From an uncultured Rivularia sp. (GTDB lineage Bacteria > Cyanobacteriota > Cyanobacteriia > Cyanobacteriales > Nostocaceae), in the NCBI GenBank assembly GCA_963665115.1, contig OY762007.1, positions 7,008,001 through 7,072,000 of the forward strand: a stretch of DNA of 64,000 bases. The letters are read 5' to 3'. The translations under genes and the position numbers were made by a program. Under the pieces are notes generated by a model, which was not told the DNA's origin, ran no database searches, and worked only from the letters and a program-made list of their open reading frames with translations. Shown in pieces: positions 11,358-21,329 of this stretch (position 1 is the stretch's first letter; every line of letters begins with the position of its first letter).

Positions 11358-12230
11358 ATGACTATTTTACAATCTAATCAAGCATTAGCCGTTAATCTTC
11401 CTCTTCAATATCTTCAAGCAATAAGACTAACTCATGCTTTAATGGAATCGGACTATATTGTACATATTCTAGAAGAACATCAAGACAAGTTTTCTCGTTT
11501 AAAAGAGATTTTTAATCTGGAATATAAACTCGGCGTTGAAGAAGTACCAATATTAAATGCTGTTAAATTTAACCATACTAATCCAAGTTCGCAAATAGGT
11601 TCTCTCGAACGAACCTTGATTTTTCCCAAAGCAGGTTTTGATTATTGCCGTAATCTTTGGCTTGATAAGCGTAATATTAAAATTTGTTTTGCTGGGTTAG
11701 TTACTGAAAAACGAAAAAATACTTTAGAGAAATGGTTTAAAAATAATTTTCCAAGTTCTCTTTTTAAACTTCCTACGAAAGAAAGTTTTATAATTCGTTT
11801 AGGAAATAAATTGCTAAGACAGTTAAATTTACCTGTTTTACCAAGCACTTATAAAACAGAATTAAATGGAGTCGTATTTTGGTCATCTAATCGCGGACGA
11901 GTTTTTCCGCTAAAGGCTTGGGATGAAGAATATTTTCGCTTATTAGCCGATTCTCAATTTGTGCTTTGTCCGAGTGGCAATTATGTTTGGACTTATCGAT
12001 TTTTTGAATCTATTATGTGTGGTGCAATTCCGATTATCGAAAAACATTGTCCTGCTTATAAAGGATTTCGTTATTTCACTATGGATGATTCTATTTCAAA
12101 CTTGAAATGGTCTGAGGAAGATGTAATTTATAATTATCAATTATGTTTTGAGCGTTTAACTGTTTCTTTAGAAGAATTGAATTGGGAAATAGAGAAAATA
12201 TTATCTGCTTCGTTTTTGTCAGAAGATTAG
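11358..12230 (+). CDS. exostosin-like (GT47) glycosyltransferase-related protein
   Basis: C-terminal YFRLLADSQFVLCPSG...WTYRFFESIMCGAIPI matches the exostosin signature. Confidence 0.7.
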   Translation: MTILQSNQALAVNLPLQYLQAIRLTHALMESDYIVHILEEHQDKFSRLKEIFNLEYKLGVEEVPILNAVKFNHTNPSSQIGSLERTLIFPKAGFDYCRNLWLDKRNIKICFAGLVTEKRKNTLEKWFKNNFPSSLFKLPTKESFIIRLGNKLLRQLNLPVLPSTYKTELNGVVFWSSNRGRVFPLKAWDEEYFRLLADSQFVLCPSGNYVWTYRFFESIMCGAIPIIEKHCPAYKGFRYFTMDDSISNLKWSEEDVIYNYQLCFERLTVSLEELNWEIEKILSASFLSED

Positions 12231-12251
12231 TAGAAAAAAACGCAGAGAGAA

Positions 12252-12293
12252 GGCAGTGCGTTGCGGAGGAACACGACCGTTGTAGTAACTGCC
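12252..12293 (+). repeat. ~42-bp small dispersed repeat (SDR-like stem-loop), copy 1
   Basis: GGCAGT...ACTGCC terminal stem; core GCGTTGCGG...TTGTAG shared with the copy at 15226. Confidence 0.7.
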
Positions 12294-12353
12294 GTGCGGA
12301 GAGCGCAGAGGAAAGAAATAAAGAGAGAGATAGCTAATTTTATTTTAGTAAAA

Positions 12354-12419
12354 ATGGTGCGTGACGCTATGAGTCTTTTTAATAAGCAGATAATTTGATA
12401 AAAGCGTCACACATCCTAC
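12354..12419 (-). repeat. GTAG-type REP-like palindrome (GTAGG.TGTG...CGCACCAT family)
   Basis: ATGGTGCGTGACGCT...AGCGTCACACATCCTAC; related copy at 62972-63039. Confidence 0.7.
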
Positions 12420-12428
12420 GATTGTAAA

Positions 12429-13517
12429 TTAATCAGCTTTACTAACTTGTTTCTCTGCTCTATTTAACTTTTTCTGATATTTGCCAATTTTCTGTTCGGC
12501 AACTATAAAATTAGGGCTTTCTGGTGGTACAGTTTGCATTAATATCATTGCAGCTTTCCATTTACCTGCAACTTTTTCCCAATCTTCTTTAGAGGTTGCT
12601 AATTCTTCGGAAGATGCTGCACTATTCGCAAGGGTTAATGCTTCGCTAAAAGAGCTACCCTGAGATGATAGTTTTGCTACCTGAGTATTGACTACTTTTG
12701 TTTCTGTACTAATTATTTCTTGAATTTGTTCTCCGAAGTTTCCCGATGATATGCTTTGTTGAACGTCGGGTAAGGTGAAAAACATATACATCCATGCACC
12801 GACTAAGCTAAGAACAAATATATTCAGAAATGTCTTTGATTTTGTTTGTTTTTTAACTACAACGGTATCTTCAGAAGCTTTTTTAGTAGTATCGCTAGTG
12901 TTGACTACAGTTGTTGAAATGATTTCATCATCTTCAATATCAACTTGTTTTGATTGACTTTTAGCAGTATCTAATCGATCTACATCGCTGTCAACAAGAC
13001 GCACTTTAAATAAATATGCAACTTGATAAAATACAGCGGCGCATAAAATCCATACGGCAGCAAATGCTAATCTTAAATTACTAGGGTTTTCTGCATATGT
13101 TGCAGCTATTTTCGTGTAGTTTAGCTTGAATAATGGTAAGAAAGGCGTACAAATTAAAGTTGCTATCAGCGTGGATAAAATAATTACCAACCAACTATAT
13201 AAACTTTCCCACCAGCTAAATAATCCGGGAAAAATTCCGGAAGTCGCGTTTATTCTCTCTCCTGGAATCGGAGACATAAAACGACTGAGAAATAAGTGGT
13301 GAAAAAGTGCGATCGCCGGTATGGGCAAAATTAAAAATAATATGACAATTACAGTCAATTGTTCGGGAGTGTTAGACCATTTAGGTAAATTGTAAAGTGA
13401 ATCCGCATAGCGTCTGAGGATACCTAAAAATGTACCCATCAACACGGACAACATTAAGGCACTTAACCAAGCATTTGGATAGGGAATCCATACGGGCAAT
13501 GATGGCACTCGTTTCAT
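12429..13517 (-). CDS. hypothetical multi-pass membrane protein with helical C-terminal domain
   Basis: 362-aa ORF with about 5 hydrophobic segments; C-terminal W..VA..W..A..L...VP motif typical of cyanobacterial helical-repeat tails. Confidence 0.75.
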   Translation of the reverse strand: MKRVPSLPVWIPYPNAWLSALMLSVLMGTFLGILRRYADSLYNLPKWSNTPEQLTVIVILFLILPIPAIALFHHLFLSRFMSPIPGERINATSGIFPGLFSWWESLYSWLVIILSTLIATLICTPFLPLFKLNYTKIAATYAENPSNLRLAFAAVWILCAAVFYQVAYLFKVRLVDSDVDRLDTAKSQSKQVDIEDDEIISTTVVNTSDTTKKASEDTVVVKKQTKSKTFLNIFVLSLVGAWMYMFFTLPDVQQSISSGNFGEQIQEIISTETKVVNTQVAKLSSQGSSFSEALTLANSAASSEELATSKEDWEKVAGKWKAAMILMQTVPPESPNFIVAEQKIGKYQKKLNRAEKQVSKAD

Positions 13518-13886
13518 AGGGAATACTCTGTGTATTAAGATTATGAACTTATGTAAATGGTTGCTGCCCTAAATACTGTTAAAAAATGGAAAGTTATCTT
13601 TACAGGCAAGTTAAGGAAAAATTATTTCCTATGTGTCAAGCTTGCTCTAATATCTAATCGTGCTTATAAATTAACTAAAAGGCTTATCTTTGCATAAAAG
13701 CATACAGTTTCTCAAGTATCAAGTTATAGATATTAAAAAAAATTTATCAAGCTAATTGCTTGATCTAAGGTAAAGTATATCTAATTCGGTGTTCGAGCCT
13801 TGCTCTAATTAATAGAATTTGCTTTCAATACAAAGTCTCACGACTTTTCAGGGATGTCATAATTAAAAAAATAGAGTTTGACTGCA

Positions 13887-14954
13887 ATGGCTGCTTCGCT
13901 CAAATATACTAAAGAACCACATAAGGAAACTTATAGTGAGATAATCGACGTTCGTTCAAGTAGCGAGTTTGCAGAAGATCGCATCCCCGGTGCAATTAAC
14001 TTGCCGGTTTTAAATGATGCCGAACGCGCTGAAGTTGGAACGATATACAAGCAATTTTCACCTTTTCAAGCTCGGAAAATAGGGGCTGCGATTGTATCAA
14101 AGAATATTTCTAAACACTTAAAGGAACACTTTGCTAACAAAGAAAAAGACTATCAGCCTTTAATTTATTGTTGGCGGGGTGGTCAACGTTCTGCTAGTTT
14201 GGCTACAGTATTATCACAAATTGGTTGGCGAGTAACTTTACTTGAGGGTGGTTACAAAACTTATCGTAGTTATGTACGTCAAGAATTAGATTCTTTACCG
14301 CAACAATTAAATTACAAGATATTATGCGGTTTAACTGGTAGCGGAAAAACCCATATTTTGAGAAATATGCATCAAAGAGGTTTTCAAGTATTAGATTTGG
14401 AAGCTTTGGCAAATCATCGGGGTTCTTTGTTAGGTGAAGAATGGCAAGGTAAACCTTCTCCCCAGCCGCCACAAAAGTATTTTGACTCGAAATTGTTGCA
14501 AGCACTACAAGACTTCAATCCCGATCGAACCGTATGGGTAGAATCAGAAAGTAACAAAATAGGACAAGTTCATTTACCTCAATCTTTATGGAAAGAAATG
14601 AAGCAATCTAGCTGTGTTGAAATGAAACTACCGCTTGATGTGAGAGTGCAATTTTTGTTAGCAGAATATCCGCATTTAGTTGATAATCCCGAAATTCTCA
14701 AAGCAAAGTTAGAAAAATTAAAATCTAATTGTGGTTGGAAGAGAATAAGTAAATGGTATCGAATGATAAATAATCAAGATTGGGAATCGTTTGTCAAAGA
14801 TATGCTGGAATCACATTACGATCCAACTTATCGTAAATCGATGCAGCAAAATTTTAATCAAATAGAAAGAGTTGTTTCTTTAGCCGATTTATCCGACAGC
14901 AGTATTGATAATTGGTTGGATTCTTTAATGCCGAATTTTGTTGGAGTGAAGTGA
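13887..14954 (+). CDS. mnmH: tRNA 2-selenouridine(34) synthase
   Basis: Rhodanese motifs IIDVRS.SEF and YCWRGGQRS; P-loop GLTGSGKT; LDLEALANHRGS; ESESNKIG. Confidence 0.95.
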   Translation: MAASLKYTKEPHKETYSEIIDVRSSSEFAEDRIPGAINLPVLNDAERAEVGTIYKQFSPFQARKIGAAIVSKNISKHLKEHFANKEKDYQPLIYCWRGGQRSASLATVLSQIGWRVTLLEGGYKTYRSYVRQELDSLPQQLNYKILCGLTGSGKTHILRNMHQRGFQVLDLEALANHRGSLLGEEWQGKPSPQPPQKYFDSKLLQALQDFNPDRTVWVESESNKIGQVHLPQSLWKEMKQSSCVEMKLPLDVRVQFLLAEYPHLVDNPEILKAKLEKLKSNCGWKRISKWYRMINNQDWESFVKDMLESHYDPTYRKSMQQNFNQIERVVSLADLSDSSIDNWLDSLMPNFVGVK

Positions 14955-15007
14955 AATTCGGCGATTGATATACTTTTGCCCTCTATGGCAAGTGATAATT
15001 AATAATC

Positions 15008-15120
15008 ACTAGTACCGCTGCGCGGAAGTAAAAAGTCAAAAGTAAGAAGTAAAAAGTATTATATGATAAGGCTTTCAAACTTTTTAAATGGGTGCTTTAT
15101 TTACGCCGTACTGTACTAGT
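15008..15120. mobile_element. MITE-like element
   Basis: ACTAGTAC...GTACTAGT termini with imperfect inward extension; internal AAAAGT(A/C) heptamer repeats. Confidence 0.6.
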
Positions 15121-15225
15121 GAAAATTGTGGTGTTTTTAGCAGCAATTACCTAAATAAAAATTTTAGAGTTTATCAGGAATGGCCGCAAATAGCACATTT
15201 TTATTGTAGGGGAGGCAAAAAGCGA

Positions 15226-15268
15226 GGACACTGCGTTGCGGGGGTTCCCCCCATTGTAGCAAGTGTCC
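15226..15268 (+). repeat. SDR-like stem-loop, copy 2
   Basis: GGACACT-GCGTTGCGGGGG-TT-CCCCCCATTGTAGC-AAGTGTCC. Confidence 0.7.
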
Positions 15269-15530
15269 GGGTGCAGATTTTCTTCCCCCATTATTGTCGT
15301 GCCGCTGTGTGACACTTCGATCGAGAAGGAAACGGAAAATAGAGATTTTGGTTTCACGCACCAACCGGAGCCTTGTGACAATCGCGTAAGTTCTGTTTAT
15401 GTTTTCGTTGACTTGCAGTTTTCAGCCCTTAAATGTACCCGTAACGTTCAATCAAAAAGAAATAACCACCCATGCCCCAAAGGGTAAATCACTAGGGCTT
15501 TGTACGAGATAAGGAAGTGTTGGAGCGCTT

Positions 15531-15857
15531 TTAGCAAGAGAGTTTAAGACTTATATAACGATTTAAGCTTACATTTTGCGATGCTGCTTCTATAGCAAGC
15601 CTACGGTGGTGTTCTGGAGGAATACGAACTTGAAATTTACCACTGTAGGGTTTTTCTGCAAGAGGTTGTGGAATCCTCTCATTATTCGCTTCCATATCAG
15701 TTACTACATCTTGGACTAAGTTTGTAATACCTTCAAGTGCACTACTTCGATTTTCATCGAGAAAAGATAGGCTAGGGAACTCAGCACAAAGTCCTACAAA
15801 TTCTTGATCCTCTTCTGACCAAGTAACTTTATAAGTGTAGTGTTCGTAGTTAACCAT
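15531..15857 (-). CDS. hicB: HicB family antitoxin (C-terminal RHH)
   Basis: YTYKVTWSEEDQEFVGLCAEFPSLS and YSGKFQVRIPPEHHRRLAIEA...VSLN; ATG at 15857 overlaps the toxin stop. Confidence 0.9.
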   Translation of the reverse strand: MVNYEHYTYKVTWSEEDQEFVGLCAEFPSLSFLDENRSSALEGITNLVQDVVTDMEANNERIPQPLAEKPYSGKFQVRIPPEHHRRLAIEAASQNVSLNRYISLKLSC

Positions 15858-16104
15858 CTTGTATTTCCTCCATTTTTTCAATAGCGTCTAAAACCTGCCT
15901 TACTTGATAAACCTTCGCTTTTCCATCCTTTTCTTGAATGTTAACGCGTGGATCTCCCGCCCAAGGCGTTTTATAGATACAATGGCTTGTTCCTTGCTGT
16001 CTAGGTTCTCCAAAGTAATGATTACAGAGCTTCATTAAATCGGTAAAGCTAACATTCTTCTGATTCTCCTTTATCTGAGCAAGGAGTTTTTCGATTTTTG
16101 CCAT
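15850..16104 (-). CDS. hicA: HicA-like toxin
   Basis: 84 aa; FGEPRQQGTSHCIY with conserved His and KAKVYQVRQVL; directly upstream of hicB. Confidence 0.88.
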   Translation of the reverse strand: MAKIEKLLAQIKENQKNVSFTDLMKLCNHYFGEPRQQGTSHCIYKTPWAGDPRVNIQEKDGKAKVYQVRQVLDAIEKMEEIQDG

Positions 16105-16185
16105 AGGTTTTTATACCAAATCATAGTCAGTAAGTAGAAGGTTCCTACAAAATGACCGCGACTGGGTATTAACTTTAGATTTATA

Positions 16186-16212
16186 ATAGTATCAATATTG
16201 ATACTATGTCAA
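16186..16212 (-). promoter_or_regulatory. hicAB promoter with 22-bp perfect operator palindrome
   Basis: ATAGTATCAAT|ATTGATACTAT at 16186-16207 abuts a minus-strand TTGACA (16212-16207) and overlaps a TATTAT-like -10. Confidence 0.8.
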
Positions 16213-16265
16213 GCCCTGTTGTCAGAATATTAAAAGTTTTCACTCAATTAATTGCTTGGTTACTT

Positions 16266-16398
16266 TTATCCCTAAAACGTTAAATGTAGAGAAGAACCAT
16301 TATTCGGTTTTGCCTGTAGGTAGGGTTGCGCGATCGCAAGCACCAATAGACATTTACAATTTTGCTAAATCTGACTTTTTCGTCTTGTTCAGGGATAA
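16266..16398. mobile_element. MITE-like element
   Basis: TTATCCCTAAAAC...GTTCAGGGATAA imperfect terminal inverted repeats; contains a small HIP1-centred palindrome. Confidence 0.5.
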
Positions 16399-16579
16399 GA
16401 CATAGCTGTCCTAAGCAAGGGAAAATATAGGTTAAATTTAGTACTTACGCACTCCTAACTCTAAATAAGGCTTTGCAATCAGTTAGCACAGCGAATAATG
16501 ACCTAAACACGTAATCCGTGAGTAAGCTATGAAGTTACAAAAAATGCTTTAGTCCTAAAGTCAAACTACAGTTTAAAAT

Positions 16580-17245
16580 ATGCAGATAAAACAACGTCAT
16601 GATTGGAATTTAACCACATCAGAAGCTAAAGTTATCCAAGAAGAATTACAAAAAGAAGTTATTACCGAAGATAAATTTGAAAAACCAGTCAAGTATGTTG
16701 CTGGTGTCGATATGGGTTTTGAAGATAATGGAAAAACCAGCCGTGCTGCGGTAGCGGTGTTGAGTTTTCCAGATTTACAGCTACAAGAACAAAGTATAGC
16801 TAAACGTCCCACGAGTTTTCCTTACATTCCTGGTTTTCTATCATTTCGTGAAATTCCAGCGGTACTGGATGCGCTACAAAAGATAAATACGATACCAGAT
16901 ATAATTCTGTGTGACGGTCAAGGATTGGCTCATCCTCGTAGATTAGGAATTGCTTGTCATTTGGGTGTAATTCTTGATATGCCAACCATTGGTGTCGCCA
17001 AATCTTGGCTGATAGGCGATTATAAAGAAGTTTCCCAAGAAAAAGGAAGTTGGCAGCCTTTAATACATAAGAATGAAACGATAGGAGCAGTACTACGCAC
17101 TCGTTCCAATGTAAAACCAGTATACGTTTCTAGCGGTCACCGCATTAGTTTACCAACCGCAATTGATTACGTATTGCGCTGTACCCCGAAATATCGTTTA
17201 CCCGAAACTACTCGTATTGCGGATAAGTTGGCTTCTGATAGGTGA
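16580..17245 (+). CDS. nfi: endonuclease V (deoxyinosine 3' endonuclease)
   Basis: VAGVD, FPYIPGFLSFRE, CDGQGLAHPRRLGIACH, IGVAKS and YRLPETTRIAD motifs. Confidence 0.97.
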   Translation: MQIKQRHDWNLTTSEAKVIQEELQKEVITEDKFEKPVKYVAGVDMGFEDNGKTSRAAVAVLSFPDLQLQEQSIAKRPTSFPYIPGFLSFREIPAVLDALQKINTIPDIILCDGQGLAHPRRLGIACHLGVILDMPTIGVAKSWLIGDYKEVSQEKGSWQPLIHKNETIGAVLRTRSNVKPVYVSSGHRISLPTAIDYVLRCTPKYRLPETTRIADKLASDR

Positions 17246-17450
17246 GAGTGATTGGGAGATGGGGAGGTGGGGAGATGGGGGGACAAGGAGACAAGGAGAA
17301 AAAGTAAAATCTTAACCTTTAACCTTCGACCTTTGACCTTTAACCTTTAACTTTTAAGCTTGATTACTTATACTTGCTCGTGTTAGGAATCGCACAGACA
17401 ATGATTGAAGTTGCTTAGTCAGAGAGAGAAGCTCAGAGCTTGTTAATATA

Positions 17451-18035
17451 ATGAATTCACTAACTTTACAGTGGCGCGATGCCGATCGAGAAAAAACTCA
17501 GATAATTTACGAGCAGCAGCCTAGTAAAAATGCTGGTACTGTTCGTATTGGTCGCGACCCTCAACGGTGCGATATTGTTTTGAGTCATCCTACTGTATCG
17601 GGCTTACACGTCGAAATATTTTTTAATTCTGGACAAAAACGGTTTCATGTCCGCAGTTTAAGAGAAAAGAATCCTCCTTTAGTCGATGGAAAGCAGTTGG
17701 TTAAAGGAGATACATCTTTGAATGAAGGCAGCATTCTTTGCTTGGGGCAAATGGAATTGAAAATTATTAATATTAGTATTCCGCAAGTTAATAGCTTTCC
17801 TGCAACAATTTTGGAACCGCCAAAACCAGGTCAAAATACCCAACCAGTAATTCCTGTCACACCCTCAAAATCGTCTTCCCCAACAGCACCTTTACTAAAA
17901 AGTTCTTACGGTTTGCAATGTCCTAATTGTCATAAAGTATCTTCTATCGAACATATCCAAGTCGGTTGTCCTTGGTGCGGCACTTCTTTAGCTGCGGCGA
18001 TGAGTGTTTTAGTTGCACCAGATAGTAATCAGTGA
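17451..18035 (+). CDS. FHA domain protein with Pro-rich linker and C-terminal Zn-ribbon
   Basis: IGRDPQRCDIVLSHPTVSGLH (FHA); CPNC...CPWC. Confidence 0.85.
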   Translation: MNSLTLQWRDADREKTQIIYEQQPSKNAGTVRIGRDPQRCDIVLSHPTVSGLHVEIFFNSGQKRFHVRSLREKNPPLVDGKQLVKGDTSLNEGSILCLGQMELKIINISIPQVNSFPATILEPPKPGQNTQPVIPVTPSKSSSPTAPLLKSSYGLQCPNCHKVSSIEHIQVGCPWCGTSLAAAMSVLVAPDSNQ

Positions 18036-18118
18036 ACAGTTAACAGTTATAAATGAATAATTACTAACAACTAACAACTAACTACTAACTACTAACTACT
18101 AACTACTAATAAAAATAT

Positions 18119-20107
18119 ATGTCAAATAATTTAGAAATTCATTTGAGTTGGGAAGATCCGGCTACTGGGGAATTACGAGAACCAAATTTAAGAATTCCGA
18201 TTGCTTTTGGTAGAGAATTTTCTCAAATGCCTGCCGAACTCCGGGGACAGCGTGTTTCGCGAATACTGCTCGATAGTAGTGAAATTTCCCGATATCATGC
18301 GCTGATTGATTGGGAACAAGATCAATTAGTTGTAATTGACCAAAATAGCGTTAACGGTATTTATGTTAATGCTAATCGTCAGAAACGTAGCGTGATTAAT
18401 AGTGGCGATACTTTAAAAATTGGACCTTATGAAATAACTCTTTCTTTTTCTTTAAATACACCGATAGCAGCATCTACACCTGCTCCAATATCTGCACCTA
18501 TACCAACTAATTCTACTATCCAATTTAATCCGGCGACTAATTTACCAGATCCGACTTTACCTCCGGAGCCAGCAGCAACACCTTTAGGCTCGAGTTTTCC
18601 ACCACCAATTTTTCAAGAAGAAAAGGTTCCGGTACAGGCACTTCACGCTACAGGTTTACAGGTAGATGAAACCGATTATTTGGCTTTGGGAGGCGGTTTA
18701 GGAAGTTATATTTGGGCAGATTTATTAAGAATATATGGTGTTAGTAGTGAAAAAATTATCGCTTTGGGTTTAGATAAAGAACCATTTGCTCGATACAAGC
18801 GTTTATGTCTGAATTCGCAAATACCTTTGCATGAAAGATTGCGTTCTAATTCCGATTCTTGTCCCGATAATATATGGGGTTGGCCAAGTTATGGTTTGCG
18901 GGAGGCTTGGCGCGATTTTGGTAAGGGAAGGTTAAATGATTCGTTTAAATATCTGTGGAAGGTTTTTGCGGAACCAGATTACGCTGAAACTTATACTCCC
19001 CGCGCAAATAATGTTTTTGATTCTATAGAAAGGGAAGCCAAGCGTATTGGTTGGGAGCAAATCTACCGCTATGGAAGAATACGAGCGATTCGTAAAACTG
19101 ATGATGGTAGATATTGCGTAGCTTATTCAAAGGGAAGAGGAGATCATGCTTTTTACGTAGCTCGTTTTTTACATTTAGCAACGGGTTATCCTGCAATTCA
19201 GTTTCTTCCAGATTTACAGGCTTATCGGGAGAAATATCGCGATTTCAAGTCTGTAGTTAATGCTTATGAAGACCACAGTCACGTTTACGAGCAATTAGAG
19301 CGTCAAGGTGGCAAAGTTTTAATTCGAGGACGCGGTATTGTGGCTTCTCGGATTATTCAACGGATTTATGAAGCACGTAAGAAGAATCCCAAGATTACAG
19401 TTTTGCACTTAATGCGATCGCCTAAACCCAAGGGTAATAAGTTCGGTAAAACCCAGCGGATGGTGAAGCATCATTTTGAATTTCAGCCGTTTAACTGGCC
19501 TAAAGCTTGTTGGGGTGGTGAATTACGGGTAATGCTCGAAAATGCGACTCCGGACGAGCGTAAGAGCTTATTGGCAGATTGGGGAGGTACTACCACCGCA
19601 GATCGCTTAGATTGGCAACAAATCACGGAAGAGAGTTTGCGAGATGGTTGGTATAAGATCGAATTTGGCGAAGTGCAAAGTGTAGAACACGATGCCCAAT
19701 ATGGAACTCTTACCCGCATCAAAGAAAAAGGTTCTAACGGACAAATTACTCTCAATGCAGACTTTATTGTTGATGCGACGGGATTGGATGCCAAAGTCCA
19801 AGCAAGTCCGTTACTAGAAGATTTAGTTCAACGTTATAGCTTGCCATTAAATCACTTGTCTAGATTAGATGTAGCTAACGACTTTGAATTAGTAGAAATG
19901 CGTAATGGTAAAGGTAAAATGTATGTTGCGGGTGCAATTACCTTGGGCGGTCCTTATGCAGCAGTAGATAGCTTTCTCGGTTTGCAGTATTCTGTTTTAC
20001 GAACCGTAGACGGATTAGCAATCGCCCGCGCTCCTGGCGTAAAAAGATTAAATGCCATTTCTTCTTTCAGGCAATGGATGAAATGGGTGTCAAATCAATC
20101 ACCTTGA
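18119..20107 (+). CDS. FHA domain fused to a two-dinucleotide-binding flavoprotein (FAD/NAD(P)H oxidoreductase or monooxygenase-like)
   Basis: FHA: FGRE...ISRYHA...DQNSVNG. Enzyme part: GGGLGS, LHLATGY, IRGRGIVA, DFIVDATG, YVAGA. Confidence 0.8.
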   Translation: MSNNLEIHLSWEDPATGELREPNLRIPIAFGREFSQMPAELRGQRVSRILLDSSEISRYHALIDWEQDQLVVIDQNSVNGIYVNANRQKRSVINSGDTLKIGPYEITLSFSLNTPIAASTPAPISAPIPTNSTIQFNPATNLPDPTLPPEPAATPLGSSFPPPIFQEEKVPVQALHATGLQVDETDYLALGGGLGSYIWADLLRIYGVSSEKIIALGLDKEPFARYKRLCLNSQIPLHERLRSNSDSCPDNIWGWPSYGLREAWRDFGKGRLNDSFKYLWKVFAEPDYAETYTPRANNVFDSIEREAKRIGWEQIYRYGRIRAIRKTDDGRYCVAYSKGRGDHAFYVARFLHLATGYPAIQFLPDLQAYREKYRDFKSVVNAYEDHSHVYEQLERQGGKVLIRGRGIVASRIIQRIYEARKKNPKITVLHLMRSPKPKGNKFGKTQRMVKHHFEFQPFNWPKACWGGELRVMLENATPDERKSLLADWGGTTTADRLDWQQITEESLRDGWYKIEFGEVQSVEHDAQYGTLTRIKEKGSNGQITLNADFIVDATGLDAKVQASPLLEDLVQRYSLPLNHLSRLDVANDFELVEMRNGKGKMYVAGAITLGGPYAAVDSFLGLQYSVLRTVDGLAIARAPGVKRLNAISSFRQWMKWVSNQSP

Positions 20108-20449
20108 ATCACTGAGCAGTTATCAGTGACCAGTGTTTTTTTATCTAAGCAATTTTTATTGATAATTGATAATTGATAATTGTTCATTGAAAAATCAATG
20201 TAGCCATTTACCCTAACTGTAATTGGCGAAAATACATAAAAACATTATTATGCTCCATCGACGTTACAATCTATGACAGGCACTGCGTATAAATATTGAA
20301 TTGCTTTACATTATCTTTAAGTTAAAAAGTCACTTCCTTCACAAATCTTCCCAAAATTTGCATTTTCTTCAAAAGAAACAAATAAAATACCCTGAAATGG
20401 TGTAGAAATGTATAGAATCTTTTAAATATATAAAATATAGTCTTTTTAG

Positions 20450-21169
20450 ATGCAAACATTTGTACCTCCTTCAATGCAGCTATCTGTAGTACCGAATAGC
20501 ACTCACCCTTTAAAGATTGTGGCACTAGGGGATAGTTTAGTTTACGGATTTGGTGACCCGGATGGAGGTGGCTGGGTTGAAAGATTGCGGCGAACTTGGA
20601 TGTTGCCTGAAAGTGCCGGACACGTTCTTTATAATTTGGGTGTACGTGGCGATCGCACATTCCAAGTAGCAACAAGATTAGAAGTCGAATTTCGTCATCG
20701 AGGAGAATTGCGAAATCGAGTACCTGACATAATTATATTATCAGTAGGAGTAAATGATTCTGCCCGAGTAGGTCGTCCTGACGGAAAGAATTACACTAAT
20801 TTTGTCAATTTTGAGGAGCAGCTTACTTGTTTACTGCAACAAGCCCAGAAACTTTGTCCGGTGCTATTTGTAGGCATGGTACCAGTGGATGAGGTGAAAA
20901 TGCCCTTTCTTAACTGCTTGTACTACAATCGCGATGACCAGTATCGTTATAAAGAAGCAACTCGGCTTGCTTGTCGAAAACAAGGAATACCTTATCTAGA
21001 TATTTTCGACAAATGGATGCAACATCCCGAAACTTGGAGAGTTAAGCGCTTGAGTAGCGATGGTCTTCATCCTAATACTCTAGGTTATCAAACCTTATTA
21101 CAAGACGTAACAAACTGGGAAGCAATTGCTCGTTTTAATTCTGGCGATCGTTACTGGCTTACTTCATAG
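20450..21169 (+). CDS. SGNH/GDSL hydrolase
   Basis: ALGDSLVYG, NLGVRG, SVGVND and DGLHP blocks. Confidence 0.93.
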   Translation: MQTFVPPSMQLSVVPNSTHPLKIVALGDSLVYGFGDPDGGGWVERLRRTWMLPESAGHVLYNLGVRGDRTFQVATRLEVEFRHRGELRNRVPDIIILSVGVNDSARVGRPDGKNYTNFVNFEEQLTCLLQQAQKLCPVLFVGMVPVDEVKMPFLNCLYYNRDDQYRYKEATRLACRKQGIPYLDIFDKWMQHPETWRVKRLSSDGLHPNTLGYQTLLQDVTNWEAIARFNSGDRYWLTS

Positions 21170-21207
21170 AAACTTTACAAATTTTTCTCAAACGTCAGTA
21201 CTTGCGG

Positions 21208-21254
21208 AAAACGCCATAACTATATTGAATAATTCAATATGGATGGCGTTTTTT
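21208..21254 (+). terminator. probable intrinsic terminator
   Basis: AAAACGCCAT...ATATTGAATaATTCAATAT...ATGGCGTTTTTT downstream of the GDSL gene. Confidence 0.65.
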
Positions 21255-21329
21255 AATATCTTCTTTAATCTCCTAAAAGTATTAAATTGAGGAGATATGA
21301 TAACGGATAACTGATAACTAATAATTGTT

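Noticed and set aside
13887..14954. mnmH as part of a novel selenium pathway
   Set aside because: Well-known enzyme, and no selD or other selenium genes are nearby.
15088..15487. Four short overlapping ORFs on both strands
   Set aside because: They run through MITE/SDR repeats and have no recognisable motifs; likely spurious.
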